Source: Candidatus Uhrbacteria bacterium (GTDB lineage: Bacteria; Patescibacteriota; Patescibacteriia; UBA9934; GWF2-40-263). From it: a stretch of DNA of 64,000 nucleotides. This document shows, piece by piece, positions 1 to 8,627 of the stretch (position 1 is its first letter; each line of letters begins with the position of its first letter). Both the position numbers and the translations under genes were made by a program. The notes below the pieces were generated by a model that worked only from the letters and a program-made list of their open reading frames with translations, had not been told where the DNA came from and made no database searches. The stretch lies in assembly GCA_023246355.1 (NCBI GenBank), contig JAHFIQ010000003.1, positions 85,018-149,017 on the forward strand, written 5' to 3'.

Positions 1-1
1 C

Positions 2-511
2 TTTTCCGATCCAGATCAGCGACGCTTCCGCTGTCCCCGCATCACCTTCATTCCAAAGCTCAGGAAGTTCCAGGGTCGTAGCATTGGCAAGAGATTCACT
101 TCGTCTACTTCCACTCTGGATTGTCTCTTCGACCTCTGGCTCCGGGGCATCAGGCACTTCCTCCCCCACGGCTGTCTGCCCATACTCAGACTCGTATGCT
201 TCCCGTGCCGCGATCGACGCGGCGGTCTCTGTTTCTGTGGTAATGCTCCAGGTGAGAGAGACGGATGAACCAGGTGTCCACTCTGTGATGGCGATTGAAC
301 GCTCGTCGGCATCGCCACCAAAAAGATCGACAATTTTCCCTCCAAGTCCAAGCACCGTCGGCCGCAATACGATCTCGCTGCCAATGGCGAGATCGAGAGA
401 GGCAGCCGCTTGCTCTGGTGTGAGATCTGAAACAGCGACTCCCGTGCAGCCAAACCCAAAAAGCACGACAAGAAGAAGGTTCCAGAACGTGAGCTGTCGG
501 TGCTTTTGCAT
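2..511 (-). CDS. Lipoprotein of unknown function, 3'-truncated by the window edge
   Basis: Not in the ORF track because it has no stop in the window. Manual translation from ATG 511 gives MQKHRQLTFWNLLLVVLFGFGC-TGVAVSDL..., open to the edge, with a signal peptide and GFGC lipobox. Confidence 0.75.
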   Translation of the reverse strand, partial: MQKHRQLTFWNLLLVVLFGFGCTGVAVSDLTPEQAAASLDLAIGSEIVLRPTVLGLGGKIVDLFGGDADERSIAITEWTPGSSVSLTWSITTETETAASIAAREAYESEYGQTAVGEEVPDAPEPEVEETIQSGSRRSESLANATTLELPELWNEGDAGTAEASLIWIGK

Positions 512-560
512 AAGACGAAAGACGCTTTTCTCTCATAGGAGAAATGAGCGTTCAAAAAAA

Positions 561-821
561 TTATCCTTTTTTCCCTGCCGCCCACTCACGGATTCTGTCC
601 TCGCTCGTGGCGCCACAGATAAAATCTTTTGTCTCGTCATTCCAGAAATACGGCACACCGCCGCACTTCCCACCGTCGGCTTTCTCTAGATGTTTTGCGT
701 TCTCCTCGTTATGCCAGGTCTCTCGCTTTTCGATGATGATTCCCTCCCCGATCAGTTTATCCACAAGAGGTAACATATGATGGCAGTGCGGGCATTCTTC
801 GCCGTAGTAGAAGTAGAGCAT
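561..821 (-). CDS. Small thioredoxin/glutaredoxin-fold protein
   Basis: YYGEECPHC (CxxC) and GVP cis-Pro motif. Confidence 0.85.
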   Translation of the reverse strand: MLYFYYGEECPHCHHMLPLVDKLIGEGIIIEKRETWHNEENAKHLEKADGGKCGGVPYFWNDETKDFICGATSEDRIREWAAGKKG

Positions 822-877
822 AATTTGGGTAGTCCCAGGCTTTAGCCTGGGCGTGATTTCAATGCTAGAATCTTAAC

Positions 878-1462
878 ATGTCGATTCGTATTCTCACAGT
901 TGTCTTGTGTCTCTCGGTCATGGGGCTGTTGGTACTCCAACGTTTTTCAGGTCCACCGGAGCTGACCGTCACAGTTGCGATGGTGAATGAGGAAAGCAAC
1001 TATCACACAGGGGAAGAACTAGAGCGTGGTGAGATGGTGACAACACAGAACGGCTTTCTCGAGTTCACCATTGGAGAAGACACACAGGTGTATCTCGCGG
1101 CACAGACGCAAGTTGAGCTTCATCGAATTTTTGAAGATGAGGTCGTGCTGAAACTCAAAAAGGGCAGAATCGTCGTTCGCACAGAATCCGAGATGCCTGT
1201 TGTCATCAAAACAAACAAGACAGAATCTCTCATTCACAAAAGCTCTGCCTCTTTTGTGAACTATGACTTTTTACAAACCGTGCATGTGATTCCACTGAGT
1301 GGATCCGTGCAGCTCACGATCGGCGATGAGAATCTGCTCACACCCGTTCCCTTCTCGATTCATGAAACGGATCCTATCAGCTATGAGACGCTCGAAGTGA
1401 ATCTTGAAGCCGGCGACGCCAAGGCGTTTTATGAGTGGACAGACCACGTCACTCGCGAGTGA
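878..1462 (+). CDS. Membrane-anchored FecR-like domain protein
   Basis: N-terminal TM helix; GEMVTT...VYLAAQTQVEL...LKLKKGRI pattern typical of FecR beta domains. Confidence 0.6.
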   Translation: MSIRILTVVLCLSVMGLLVLQRFSGPPELTVTVAMVNEESNYHTGEELERGEMVTTQNGFLEFTIGEDTQVYLAAQTQVELHRIFEDEVVLKLKKGRIVVRTESEMPVVIKTNKTESLIHKSSASFVNYDFLQTVHVIPLSGSVQLTIGDENLLTPVPFSIHETDPISYETLEVNLEAGDAKAFYEWTDHVTRE

Positions 1463-1523
1463 CGTGGCAGGCGTTTTGACGGATGAATAGATCCCATGTG
1501 GTTGTCCACAGACCTGCTTGACT

Positions 1524-2588
1524 TTAGTCGATGATCCCGCCGCCGAGGACTTTTTCGCCGTCGTAAAAGACAATCGACTGGCCTGGCGTGACTGCGCGTT
1601 GAGGATGGCTAAACTTGACTAAGACCCCATCACTCCCTCCCCCCTTGATCCCCCCTCGGGCAGGGGGGAAAACTTCACACTCTTGTAACGGCTGGCGGTA
1701 GCGAATCCTTGCCTGGCAGGAAAATGGAACGGTTGGTTTCTCAAACCAGTTGAGTTGTGATGCGGTTAGCTCTTTCTTAAACAACCCAGGATGGAAGTTG
1801 CTTCCAACCACCAGCTCTTTTGTCTCTGGGCGTTTTTCAATCACATAGTACGGCTCTCCCCCGCCGATCCCAAGTCCTTCACGCTGACCGATGGTGTAAA
1901 ACGCCAAACCCTCGTGCGTGCCGATGACTTTTCCGTCTGTGGTCACGACGTTTCCAGGATCCTTGGGAAGACGCTGCTGCAAAAACTTCCGCATTTCGAC
2001 TTCCCCGACAAAACAAATTCCTGTTGAATCTTTTTTCTCTGCGACTTCCAGTCCTGCCCTGCGTGCAAGATCACGAACCTCGGGTTTGGTCATCTCGCCG
2101 ATGGGAAACAGAACGTGCGGCAAAACCGAAGGTGGTATCGCCCAAAGGAAATACGATTGATCTTTGTTTGGGTCAAGGCCTGAGAGGAGGTTGTAGGGAG
2201 TACGTTGTAGGGAGGAGGGAGCCACTCGAGCGTAATGCCCTGTGGCAACAACATCACAGCCTAACCGATCCGCTTCCTGAACAAACCGATCAAACTTGAT
2301 AAATTTATTGCACAAGACGTCCGGATTTGGCGTACGGCCTGCTTCAAACTCCTCGAACATATTCTCGACAACCTTCGCCCGGTATTCTTCCTCAAAATCA
2401 AACGTCACAAATGGAATGCCAAGCTTTGCTGCCACACGCGTGGCATCTCGTTGGTCCGCACGCCAATTGCAGTCAGACCAGTTTTTCATGAACGCGCCAA
2501 TCACCTCATAGCCATCCTTCAATAACAAAACCCCGGACACAGATGAATCCACGCCTCCAGACATACCAAGAAGGACTTTTTTTGACAT
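1524..2588 (-). CDS. mnmA: tRNA 2-thiouridine(34) synthase MnmA
   Basis: SGGVDSS, TPNPDVLCN, ATGHYAR, KDQSYFL, GICF, RAVTPGQ motifs. Confidence 0.98.
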   Translation of the reverse strand: MSKKVLLGMSGGVDSSVSGVLLLKDGYEVIGAFMKNWSDCNWRADQRDATRVAAKLGIPFVTFDFEEEYRAKVVENMFEEFEAGRTPNPDVLCNKFIKFDRFVQEADRLGCDVVATGHYARVAPSSLQRTPYNLLSGLDPNKDQSYFLWAIPPSVLPHVLFPIGEMTKPEVRDLARRAGLEVAEKKDSTGICFVGEVEMRKFLQQRLPKDPGNVVTTDGKVIGTHEGLAFYTIGQREGLGIGGGEPYYVIEKRPETKELVVGSNFHPGLFKKELTASQLNWFEKPTVPFSCQARIRYRQPLQECEVFPPARGGIKGGGSDGVLVKFSHPQRAVTPGQSIVFYDGEKVLGGGIID

Positions 2589-2593
2589 ACAGA

Positions 2594-3895
2594 TTAGCCC
2601 TTCAAAATTTTCTCAAACCTCTCGACATCCTCTCTCACCACAAACACATCCACAAATTTCAGCTTCTCGTTGTACTTCATCAGCAGATCTGAATATTCCA
2701 TCATCGGCATGATCCGCGAACCTGCCAATACCTTTTTTTCGACAAACACGTCATGTGACGCATCTGATCCCAAGGAGGTCAGTTCTTTGCCGGCAGAATG
2801 TGTGAACCAACGAATGTTGTTCATCTCACAGATCGACTTGATCCGCTCAAGCGTCTGTCTATCGTCGGCGACACTCTCTTGCAAACGCAAAATCCGTCGA
2901 GCCGGCAGACGAGCCATGATGTGATGCGACCAATACTGTTTCGGATCGCGCGCGGCGGCAAACAACTGCTCAATCACCGCACCATCATGCAAATCCGCAT
3001 AGACATGAGGATCGGTAGGAATCGTGAGAGGAACTTCTCGCGTGGCGATCGCTTGCTCAAGGTAATGTATGAACCCGGCCTTCGTTTTATGAAAATAGAC
3101 TTGATCAAACATGTGATAGCGCGCCAAGAGGAAGGCCTCAAAGGCTCGAACGCCATTTTCGGCGAGCGTTAGAACAAACCGACCGTCTTTCTCCTGTGCA
3201 CTCATGCTGGAAATCAACCAGTCTATATCAAAGGCGCCGTAGGCCACGCCACAAAAATAACTATCGCGTAGCAGATAGTCCATCCGATCGGCATCTGCTT
3301 CGCCTGAAATCAGCTGACGCATCAGCGGATGCAGCGATTCACATCTTGATGCGATGGTCTCAAACCCTTGCGAGGGTTTCACCCCAGCATGGACAAGTGA
3401 GGCCACATCCTGAGCCAGATGCATTTCAAGTGCGCCCTCCTTTGCCATGGTCTGAAGCAAGAGCACACTATAATCCTCGTGATGCGCTTGGCGATTCTCT
3501 GTATCACTCCACCAGGTCCAGTCCATAGGCAGCGCATGGCGCATGGGAAAAATAGACTCACACTCATGGGAGAATGGTCCATGTCCAATATCATGAAGCA
3601 GACCAGCGAGCCGAATCCTCTGGCGCAGCCCGTTGATTTCCTCGGGGGTAAATCTCTCAACAAGGTTTGGTGTTCCCTCAATCACTTTTCCAAAAAGTCG
3701 CCCAGCGACATGCATCGCTCCCAGTCCGTGCATAAACCGTGTATGAACAGCGCCGGGATACACGTACGTTTGCAAAAAAGAAAGCTGTGAAATAAAACGC
3801 AACCGTTGAAAAAACGGATGGTCAATTATCTTTCGTTCAAATTCATCAAAAGCGATGCGCTTGTGAATCGGATCCCGAATCTCGTAGGGCTGCAT
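2594..3895 (-). CDS. HD-domain phosphohydrolase (dNTP triphosphohydrolase-like)
   Basis: IRDPIH, FQRLRFISQL, HTRFMH, LLHDIGHGPFSH, DADRMDYLLRD, VYFHK. Confidence 0.9.
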   Translation of the reverse strand: MQPYEIRDPIHKRIAFDEFERKIIDHPFFQRLRFISQLSFLQTYVYPGAVHTRFMHGLGAMHVAGRLFGKVIEGTPNLVERFTPEEINGLRQRIRLAGLLHDIGHGPFSHECESIFPMRHALPMDWTWWSDTENRQAHHEDYSVLLLQTMAKEGALEMHLAQDVASLVHAGVKPSQGFETIASRCESLHPLMRQLISGEADADRMDYLLRDSYFCGVAYGAFDIDWLISSMSAQEKDGRFVLTLAENGVRAFEAFLLARYHMFDQVYFHKTKAGFIHYLEQAIATREVPLTIPTDPHVYADLHDGAVIEQLFAAARDPKQYWSHHIMARLPARRILRLQESVADDRQTLERIKSICEMNNIRWFTHSAGKELTSLGSDASHDVFVEKKVLAGSRIMPMMEYSDLLMKYNEKLKFVDVFVVREDVERFEKILKG

Positions 3896-3936
3896 ACCTG
3901 CCTATCCTAGTATGCACAGGACTTGCTGGCAAACGC

Positions 3937-6039
3937 TCAATCAAACCGAATCGTCTGGCCTGAACGAACTGTCCCACTTGTTGCAGGTGCCGCCACAGGA
4001 CGGGGTGCAGGAGGAGGTGGAGGAGTCAGCGTTGATGTGGCAATCACAGGTGGTCTTGGAGCGCTCGGCTGCCCGATAGGAGATCGCTCTTCACCTGGTC
4101 CTGTGGATTTTTTTCCACGTCTGCGGCGTTTCTTTCTGAGAGGATCAGCGGATTCTGTCGATGGGCGTGGAGCAATAGGTGCTGGTGATACAGAGGGAGC
4201 CTGAGTCTGCTTGCGCGCCTCACGAATTTTTTTCAAACAATCCTCACAAAACGCTGGTCGTGAACGATCAAGCTTCACGTTCGTGGAAAAATCCTTTTTG
4301 CATTCTGAACAAGTGTATGTTTCCCTGGGAACCGCTGGAATCGCCGTGACCTCTCGCTTCGGGATCACAGGAACCTCTTGCCTTTGGATAACAGGAGCTG
4401 CTGGTGCTGGTGCTGGTGCGGACGCAGGTTTTACAGGAACAAGGGCCTCCAGTTTCACGGCGGGCTGCTCTGATATTTTTTCTACCGGTGTCCCCTCTGT
4501 TGGTTTGGGAACAGGAAGAGGTTCAACCTTCGCCACAAATGGTTTTGATTTTTTTCCTCCCTTGCGTTCCTCACGGACAATCTCAATACAATCATCACAA
4601 TAAATCGGTCGCGAGCGATCAAGCTCCACAGGCAAAATGACTTCCTTAGCACAGCGCGAGCACTTGTATTCAAATCGCGGTTTTTTGTTTTCCTTGGTCG
4701 CCTTCTTCTTCGCCTCAGCTGCCTCCAAAAGCGTGTCCATGTCCGCACCCTCCATGCCGCTCCACTGCAAAATCTTTTCTTCGATCACGCCACGAGGTTG
4801 AGCATATCGCTCCCTGGAAACTTTAATGACCTTTTCTTCAGAACCTGTCACCTGTGCAATCGGCGGCAGGGTGAGCGCAGAGAACGGCTGACTCGTCACC
4901 CCATCGATGAGCAACTTAATGTAGACGTTGTACTTGGGCAGATTGATGATGTCCTCAGGCGTGAACCGGGGCATGAACTCCGTTTCCATGAATGTCGCAT
5001 CAGGCGATCCCACTCGAAACGTAATGATGGTTCCCACGTTGCCAAACACCGCGTCGCGCACTTCTTCACTCAACTGTGCCACATACTGATGCGCCATCGT
5101 CAGACACAGCCGATACTTACGTGCCTCGGACAAAATACTCGCGAACGACTCCACGGCAAAGTTTTGAAACTCGTCGACGTAGAGATAAAAATCCTTGCGT
5201 TCACTTTCAGGAATTTCCACGCGCTCCATGGCGGCCAATTGCATCTTCGTGATCAGGAGCCCTCCCAGGAGTCGGGAGTTATCTTCTCCAATTCTTCCCT
5301 TTGAAAGGTTGATGATGAAGATTTTCTCGCTGTCCATGATTTCACGCACGTTGATGGTCGACTTCACTTGCGCGACGATATTGCGAATAACCACCGCGGA
5401 CAAAAACTGACCAATCTTGTTTTGAATCGGCGCCACGGCTTCTTGTGCGTATTTTTCATTGTACGAAGCAAACTCCACCAACCAAAACTGTTTGACCACG
5501 GGGTCCTTTACGTTCCCCACGATCCGTTTGCGAAAGTCCGCATCTGAGAGCATGCGATTGATTCCCAGCAAAGTCTGTCCGGGATTATCCAAAAGCGCCA
5601 AGAGCGTGTTATTCAAAATATATTCCATGCGGCTGGACCACATGTTCTCCCAAATTTTTTGAAAGACCCCCATCATGCCCGAGACCACAAGATGCTTATG
5701 ACTTTCACTCACGGCTTCCAAAATGTTGAAGCCCACAGGAAAATCCATGTCCGCCGGGTTGAAATACACCACGTCGTTCATCCGCCAACTCGGAATAAAA
5801 TTGATGAGACGCTCGGCGGTGTCGCCGTGAGGATCAACATACGCACAACCGTGCCCTGCGTAGATGTCCGACAAAATAAGATTTTCCAACAGTACGGTCT
5901 TGCCCATGCCTGTTTTTCCAATCACATACACGTGGCGGCGGCGGTCGTCGGTCTTAATGCCAAACTTCGTCATCTTGTTGCGAAAATTCGTTTTCGCAAA
6001 ATAGTTGACCTCATTGTCGTGATCGTGATTGTAACCCAT
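3937..6039 (-). CDS. VirD4/TraD/HerA-like (type IV coupling-like) ATPase with two C-terminal CxxC-x17-CxxC zinc ribbons
   Basis: Walker A GKTGMGKT, YVDPHGD, LYVDEFQNF, SEARKY, AVFGNVGT; CSRC...CDDC and CSEC...CEDC. Confidence 0.85.
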   Translation of the reverse strand: MGYNHDHDNEVNYFAKTNFRNKMTKFGIKTDDRRRHVYVIGKTGMGKTVLLENLILSDIYAGHGCAYVDPHGDTAERLINFIPSWRMNDVVYFNPADMDFPVGFNILEAVSESHKHLVVSGMMGVFQKIWENMWSSRMEYILNNTLLALLDNPGQTLLGINRMLSDADFRKRIVGNVKDPVVKQFWLVEFASYNEKYAQEAVAPIQNKIGQFLSAVVIRNIVAQVKSTINVREIMDSEKIFIINLSKGRIGEDNSRLLGGLLITKMQLAAMERVEIPESERKDFYLYVDEFQNFAVESFASILSEARKYRLCLTMAHQYVAQLSEEVRDAVFGNVGTIITFRVGSPDATFMETEFMPRFTPEDIINLPKYNVYIKLLIDGVTSQPFSALTLPPIAQVTGSEEKVIKVSRERYAQPRGVIEEKILQWSGMEGADMDTLLEAAEAKKKATKENKKPRFEYKCSRCAKEVILPVELDRSRPIYCDDCIEIVREERKGGKKSKPFVAKVEPLPVPKPTEGTPVEKISEQPAVKLEALVPVKPASAPAPAPAAPVIQRQEVPVIPKREVTAIPAVPRETYTCSECKKDFSTNVKLDRSRPAFCEDCLKKIREARKQTQAPSVSPAPIAPRPSTESADPLRKKRRRRGKKSTGPGEERSPIGQPSAPRPPVIATSTLTPPPPPAPRPVAAPATSGTVRSGQTIRFD

Positions 6040-6044
6040 AAAAT

Positions 6045-7676
6045 TTATGTGGGAAGATTTGGTGGTACAAGATCGTCCTCTGGCTCTGCGGTCGGAGACG
6101 TGGGTGAAAGCGGTGTATTGAAATCCTCGTCACTGGTGGCCCAGACCGTGGATTTTTTTTCTGGGACATCGTCAGGTACGACCGCAGGAGTCGAGGCTGT
6201 TGGCGATGGTGGATGTGGAAGGGCCTCTGAAAGCGGCTCGTCAGATTCAGGCTCAGCAATACCAAATGGAGAGGCGGGTACTGTTTCTTCCTCGGCAGCC
6301 GAAATATCTGACGCTCCAGGCAAGGACTGCTCGGCAAAGGTGATGGGCAAGCCCACGGGCGGTTCACCACGTTTAGATTCGCTCTTTTTCACGAGTGGCG
6401 CCTTGATGGAGATGGCTGGGAAGTGCCAAAGGGTCGCAAGCTCTTCTGTGTTGAGGAAAACCGGATTCGCACCAATCCCCCAGTTGCGGGTTTTGTACGC
6501 CTTCATGAGCGTGTGCTGCTTTTTTGTGTACACCCAACGCATCCAAAAATAATCGTCCTTGGGAACCTGGGGAATAAACAGGGTAAATTTGTTCAAGTTC
6601 AAATTTGAGTACTGGTTCCAAATACCTTTGACAATACCTGTTCGTTCTACTTTGACGAACACATTTTTCTTGGCGATGTACACGACGCGGATCTTGGCGC
6701 CAAGTCCAACCTTGCTCGCTTTGAGGACAATCGCCTCAGCTTCCTGTTTTTGGACAGGCGAAATCTTAAACGCTTTCCAAATATCTTTTTCTTCTGCCGC
6801 AGCGCCAGGGGTGAGCAAACCGCTCAAGTCCACATCAAGTGCCTCTTTAAGCAGCTCATTTGGGAGAGTCAAAAGCGATTCACTCGCAGACTCGATCATC
6901 CCTTTTTTCTTTTTTTCTTCCACGCCGTAGGTGGCATTCACATACTTGATGCCCTTTTTCATCCAGTCGTTACTAGAAGGCTGGACAACAATCTGAATCC
7001 AAAAATGCTCACCTGGACGCATGGTCCCAAGTTGCTCAAGCGTGTATCCAAGAGGATCTTTTATTTCCTGAGAGATCCGATCCTCGAAATCCACATAGGT
7101 TCGAATCGGAAACATCGAGTCCCGATCCAAGGTCATTTCCCCACCCCACATTTCATATTCGGTATCCGGAAAATCCACAGGGAATGGCTTGGTATAATCC
7201 TCGACTTCAGAAATCTGGGCATCCGGGTAATGGGCGTAGATCCCAGCTTCGACCACATCGCGAAATCGCGTTTGCGTGCGAATCACAAATTGGATATAGC
7301 CTTCAGTGGAAACAATTTCAAAGGAAAAAACCGGGTGCAGTTTTCCGTCCATCCATGTTTCCTTCCAGGTGATGGTGGATTTGGTCCCGTAGAGGTTCGC
7401 AAAGAAATTCTCCATGGCCTTTGGTGTTTGTTCGGTCATGGAGGGAACATCCACAGCCAAGTAAGTGAACTTGAGTTTGGCCGAATACAAACCACGACGG
7501 TAATCGCGCCACAACTCGGTAAATCCCCAGGCCAGCGTGGCAGCAATCGGAATCCACCCAAACCAGATCAACAAATCAAAAAGAATAGCGTCAATCGGTT
7601 GATCAAAGTAGGAACTCGAGTGCGCCACAGCTGTTGTGGCTTGTGCCACAATCGGAATCGCAAAAAGGGGAAGCAT
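6045..7676 (-). CDS. Conserved membrane-anchored protein, the usual upstream partner of the CPR VirD4-like ATPase
   Basis: N-terminal TM, PKAMENFF, FSFEIVS, FPIRTY, LNTEELATLWHFP; Pro/acidic tail; 5 bp from the ATPase. Confidence 0.7.
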   Translation of the reverse strand: MLPLFAIPIVAQATTAVAHSSSYFDQPIDAILFDLLIWFGWIPIAATLAWGFTELWRDYRRGLYSAKLKFTYLAVDVPSMTEQTPKAMENFFANLYGTKSTITWKETWMDGKLHPVFSFEIVSTEGYIQFVIRTQTRFRDVVEAGIYAHYPDAQISEVEDYTKPFPVDFPDTEYEMWGGEMTLDRDSMFPIRTYVDFEDRISQEIKDPLGYTLEQLGTMRPGEHFWIQIVVQPSSNDWMKKGIKYVNATYGVEEKKKKGMIESASESLLTLPNELLKEALDVDLSGLLTPGAAAEEKDIWKAFKISPVQKQEAEAIVLKASKVGLGAKIRVVYIAKKNVFVKVERTGIVKGIWNQYSNLNLNKFTLFIPQVPKDDYFWMRWVYTKKQHTLMKAYKTRNWGIGANPVFLNTEELATLWHFPAISIKAPLVKKSESKRGEPPVGLPITFAEQSLPGASDISAAEEETVPASPFGIAEPESDEPLSEALPHPPSPTASTPAVVPDDVPEKKSTVWATSDEDFNTPLSPTSPTAEPEDDLVPPNLPT

Positions 7677-7697
7677 AACTCAAACTAGTATATCAAA

Positions 7698-7719
7698 AAA
7701 CTGGGGATGAACCCAGTTT
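7698..7719 (-). terminator. Putative intrinsic terminator after secF
   Basis: AAACTGGG-loop-CCCAGTTT hairpin followed by a T run on the minus strand. Confidence 0.5.
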
Positions 7720-7730
7720 GATGTCTGCTT

Positions 7731-8627
7731 CTATTTTTTTAGACGCTCTTCCCACTCAACCAGCGCCGGACTTGCAAAGAAAATTGAAGAGTACGTTCCC
7801 ACCAAAATGCCGATCATGAGCGCCAAGGCAAAGGGACGGGTAGATTCACCACCAAAGAAAAAGATAGCGGTGAGCGCTAACAGTGTCGTCATGGACGTAT
7901 TCACTGAGCGCACAAACGTTTGACGAATACTTTTTTCAACGACCTGAGGAAATAGCTCCCCGGTGTGATGCGCAAGGTTTTCACGTGTTCGATCAAACAC
8001 CACCACGGTGTCGGAAATCGAGTATCCCAAAATGGTCAGAATGGCCGCGACAAATCCAGATCCAACCTCCCAGTGATAGAAGTGTCCAAGCACGGCAAAC
8101 GCTCCTAAAGGAATAATCACATCATGCGCCGCACACAGAACCGTGATGAGTCCGTACTTCCAGGAGGCAATCGGATCTGAAACTTTTCGGAACGCCCAGG
8201 AGATATACAAACCAATCAGCAGAAGCGTGAGTCCCACACCGATCAAAGACGAACGACGCAATTCGTTTCCAACCGTTGGACCGATGGAATCAAATCGCAG
8301 CTCCGTAAAGTCCCCGAAGACCTGAGTGAGTGTGGTGAGCGTGGCTTGATGCGTGGCTTCGTCTTGAACTTCTGATCGAATAATTAACTTTTGATTTTCA
8401 TCGGCTGACTGGACAGAGACACTCGACAAGGATGTCAGGGCATCTCTCACATCTGTGGTGGAAGGCGCTCCCTGCGTAAACTCAAGCTCCATGAGCGATC
8501 CACCAGTGAAATCCACGCCAAACTTGAGACCAAACACGAACAGCGCGACGATGCTCGCGACGATCAAGACTCCGGAGAGCAGGAACCAGTATTTTCTCAG
8601 GTCAACAAAACTGAAAGAGGTCATCAT
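7731..8627 (-). CDS. secF: Protein translocase subunit SecF
   Basis: GVDFTGGS, SIGPTVG, ILGYSISDTVVVFDRTRE, GTYSSIF. Confidence 0.97.
   Translation of the reverse strand: MMTSFSFVDLRKYWFLLSGVLIVASIVALFVFGLKFGVDFTGGSLMELEFTQGAPSTTDVRDALTSLSSVSVQSADENQKLIIRSEVQDEATHQATLTTLTQVFGDFTELRFDSIGPTVGNELRRSSLIGVGLTLLLIGLYISWAFRKVSDPIASWKYGLITVLCAAHDVIIPLGAFAVLGHFYHWEVGSGFVAAILTILGYSISDTVVVFDRTRENLAHHTGELFPQVVEKSIRQTFVRSVNTSMTTLLALTAIFFFGGESTRPFALALMIGILVGTYSSIFFASPALVEWEERLKK

Noticed and set aside
16-689. ORFs 16..585(-), 84..689(+) and 186..536(-)
   Set aside because: They are shadows of the lipoprotein frame starting at 511(-), which has a signal peptide and lipobox.
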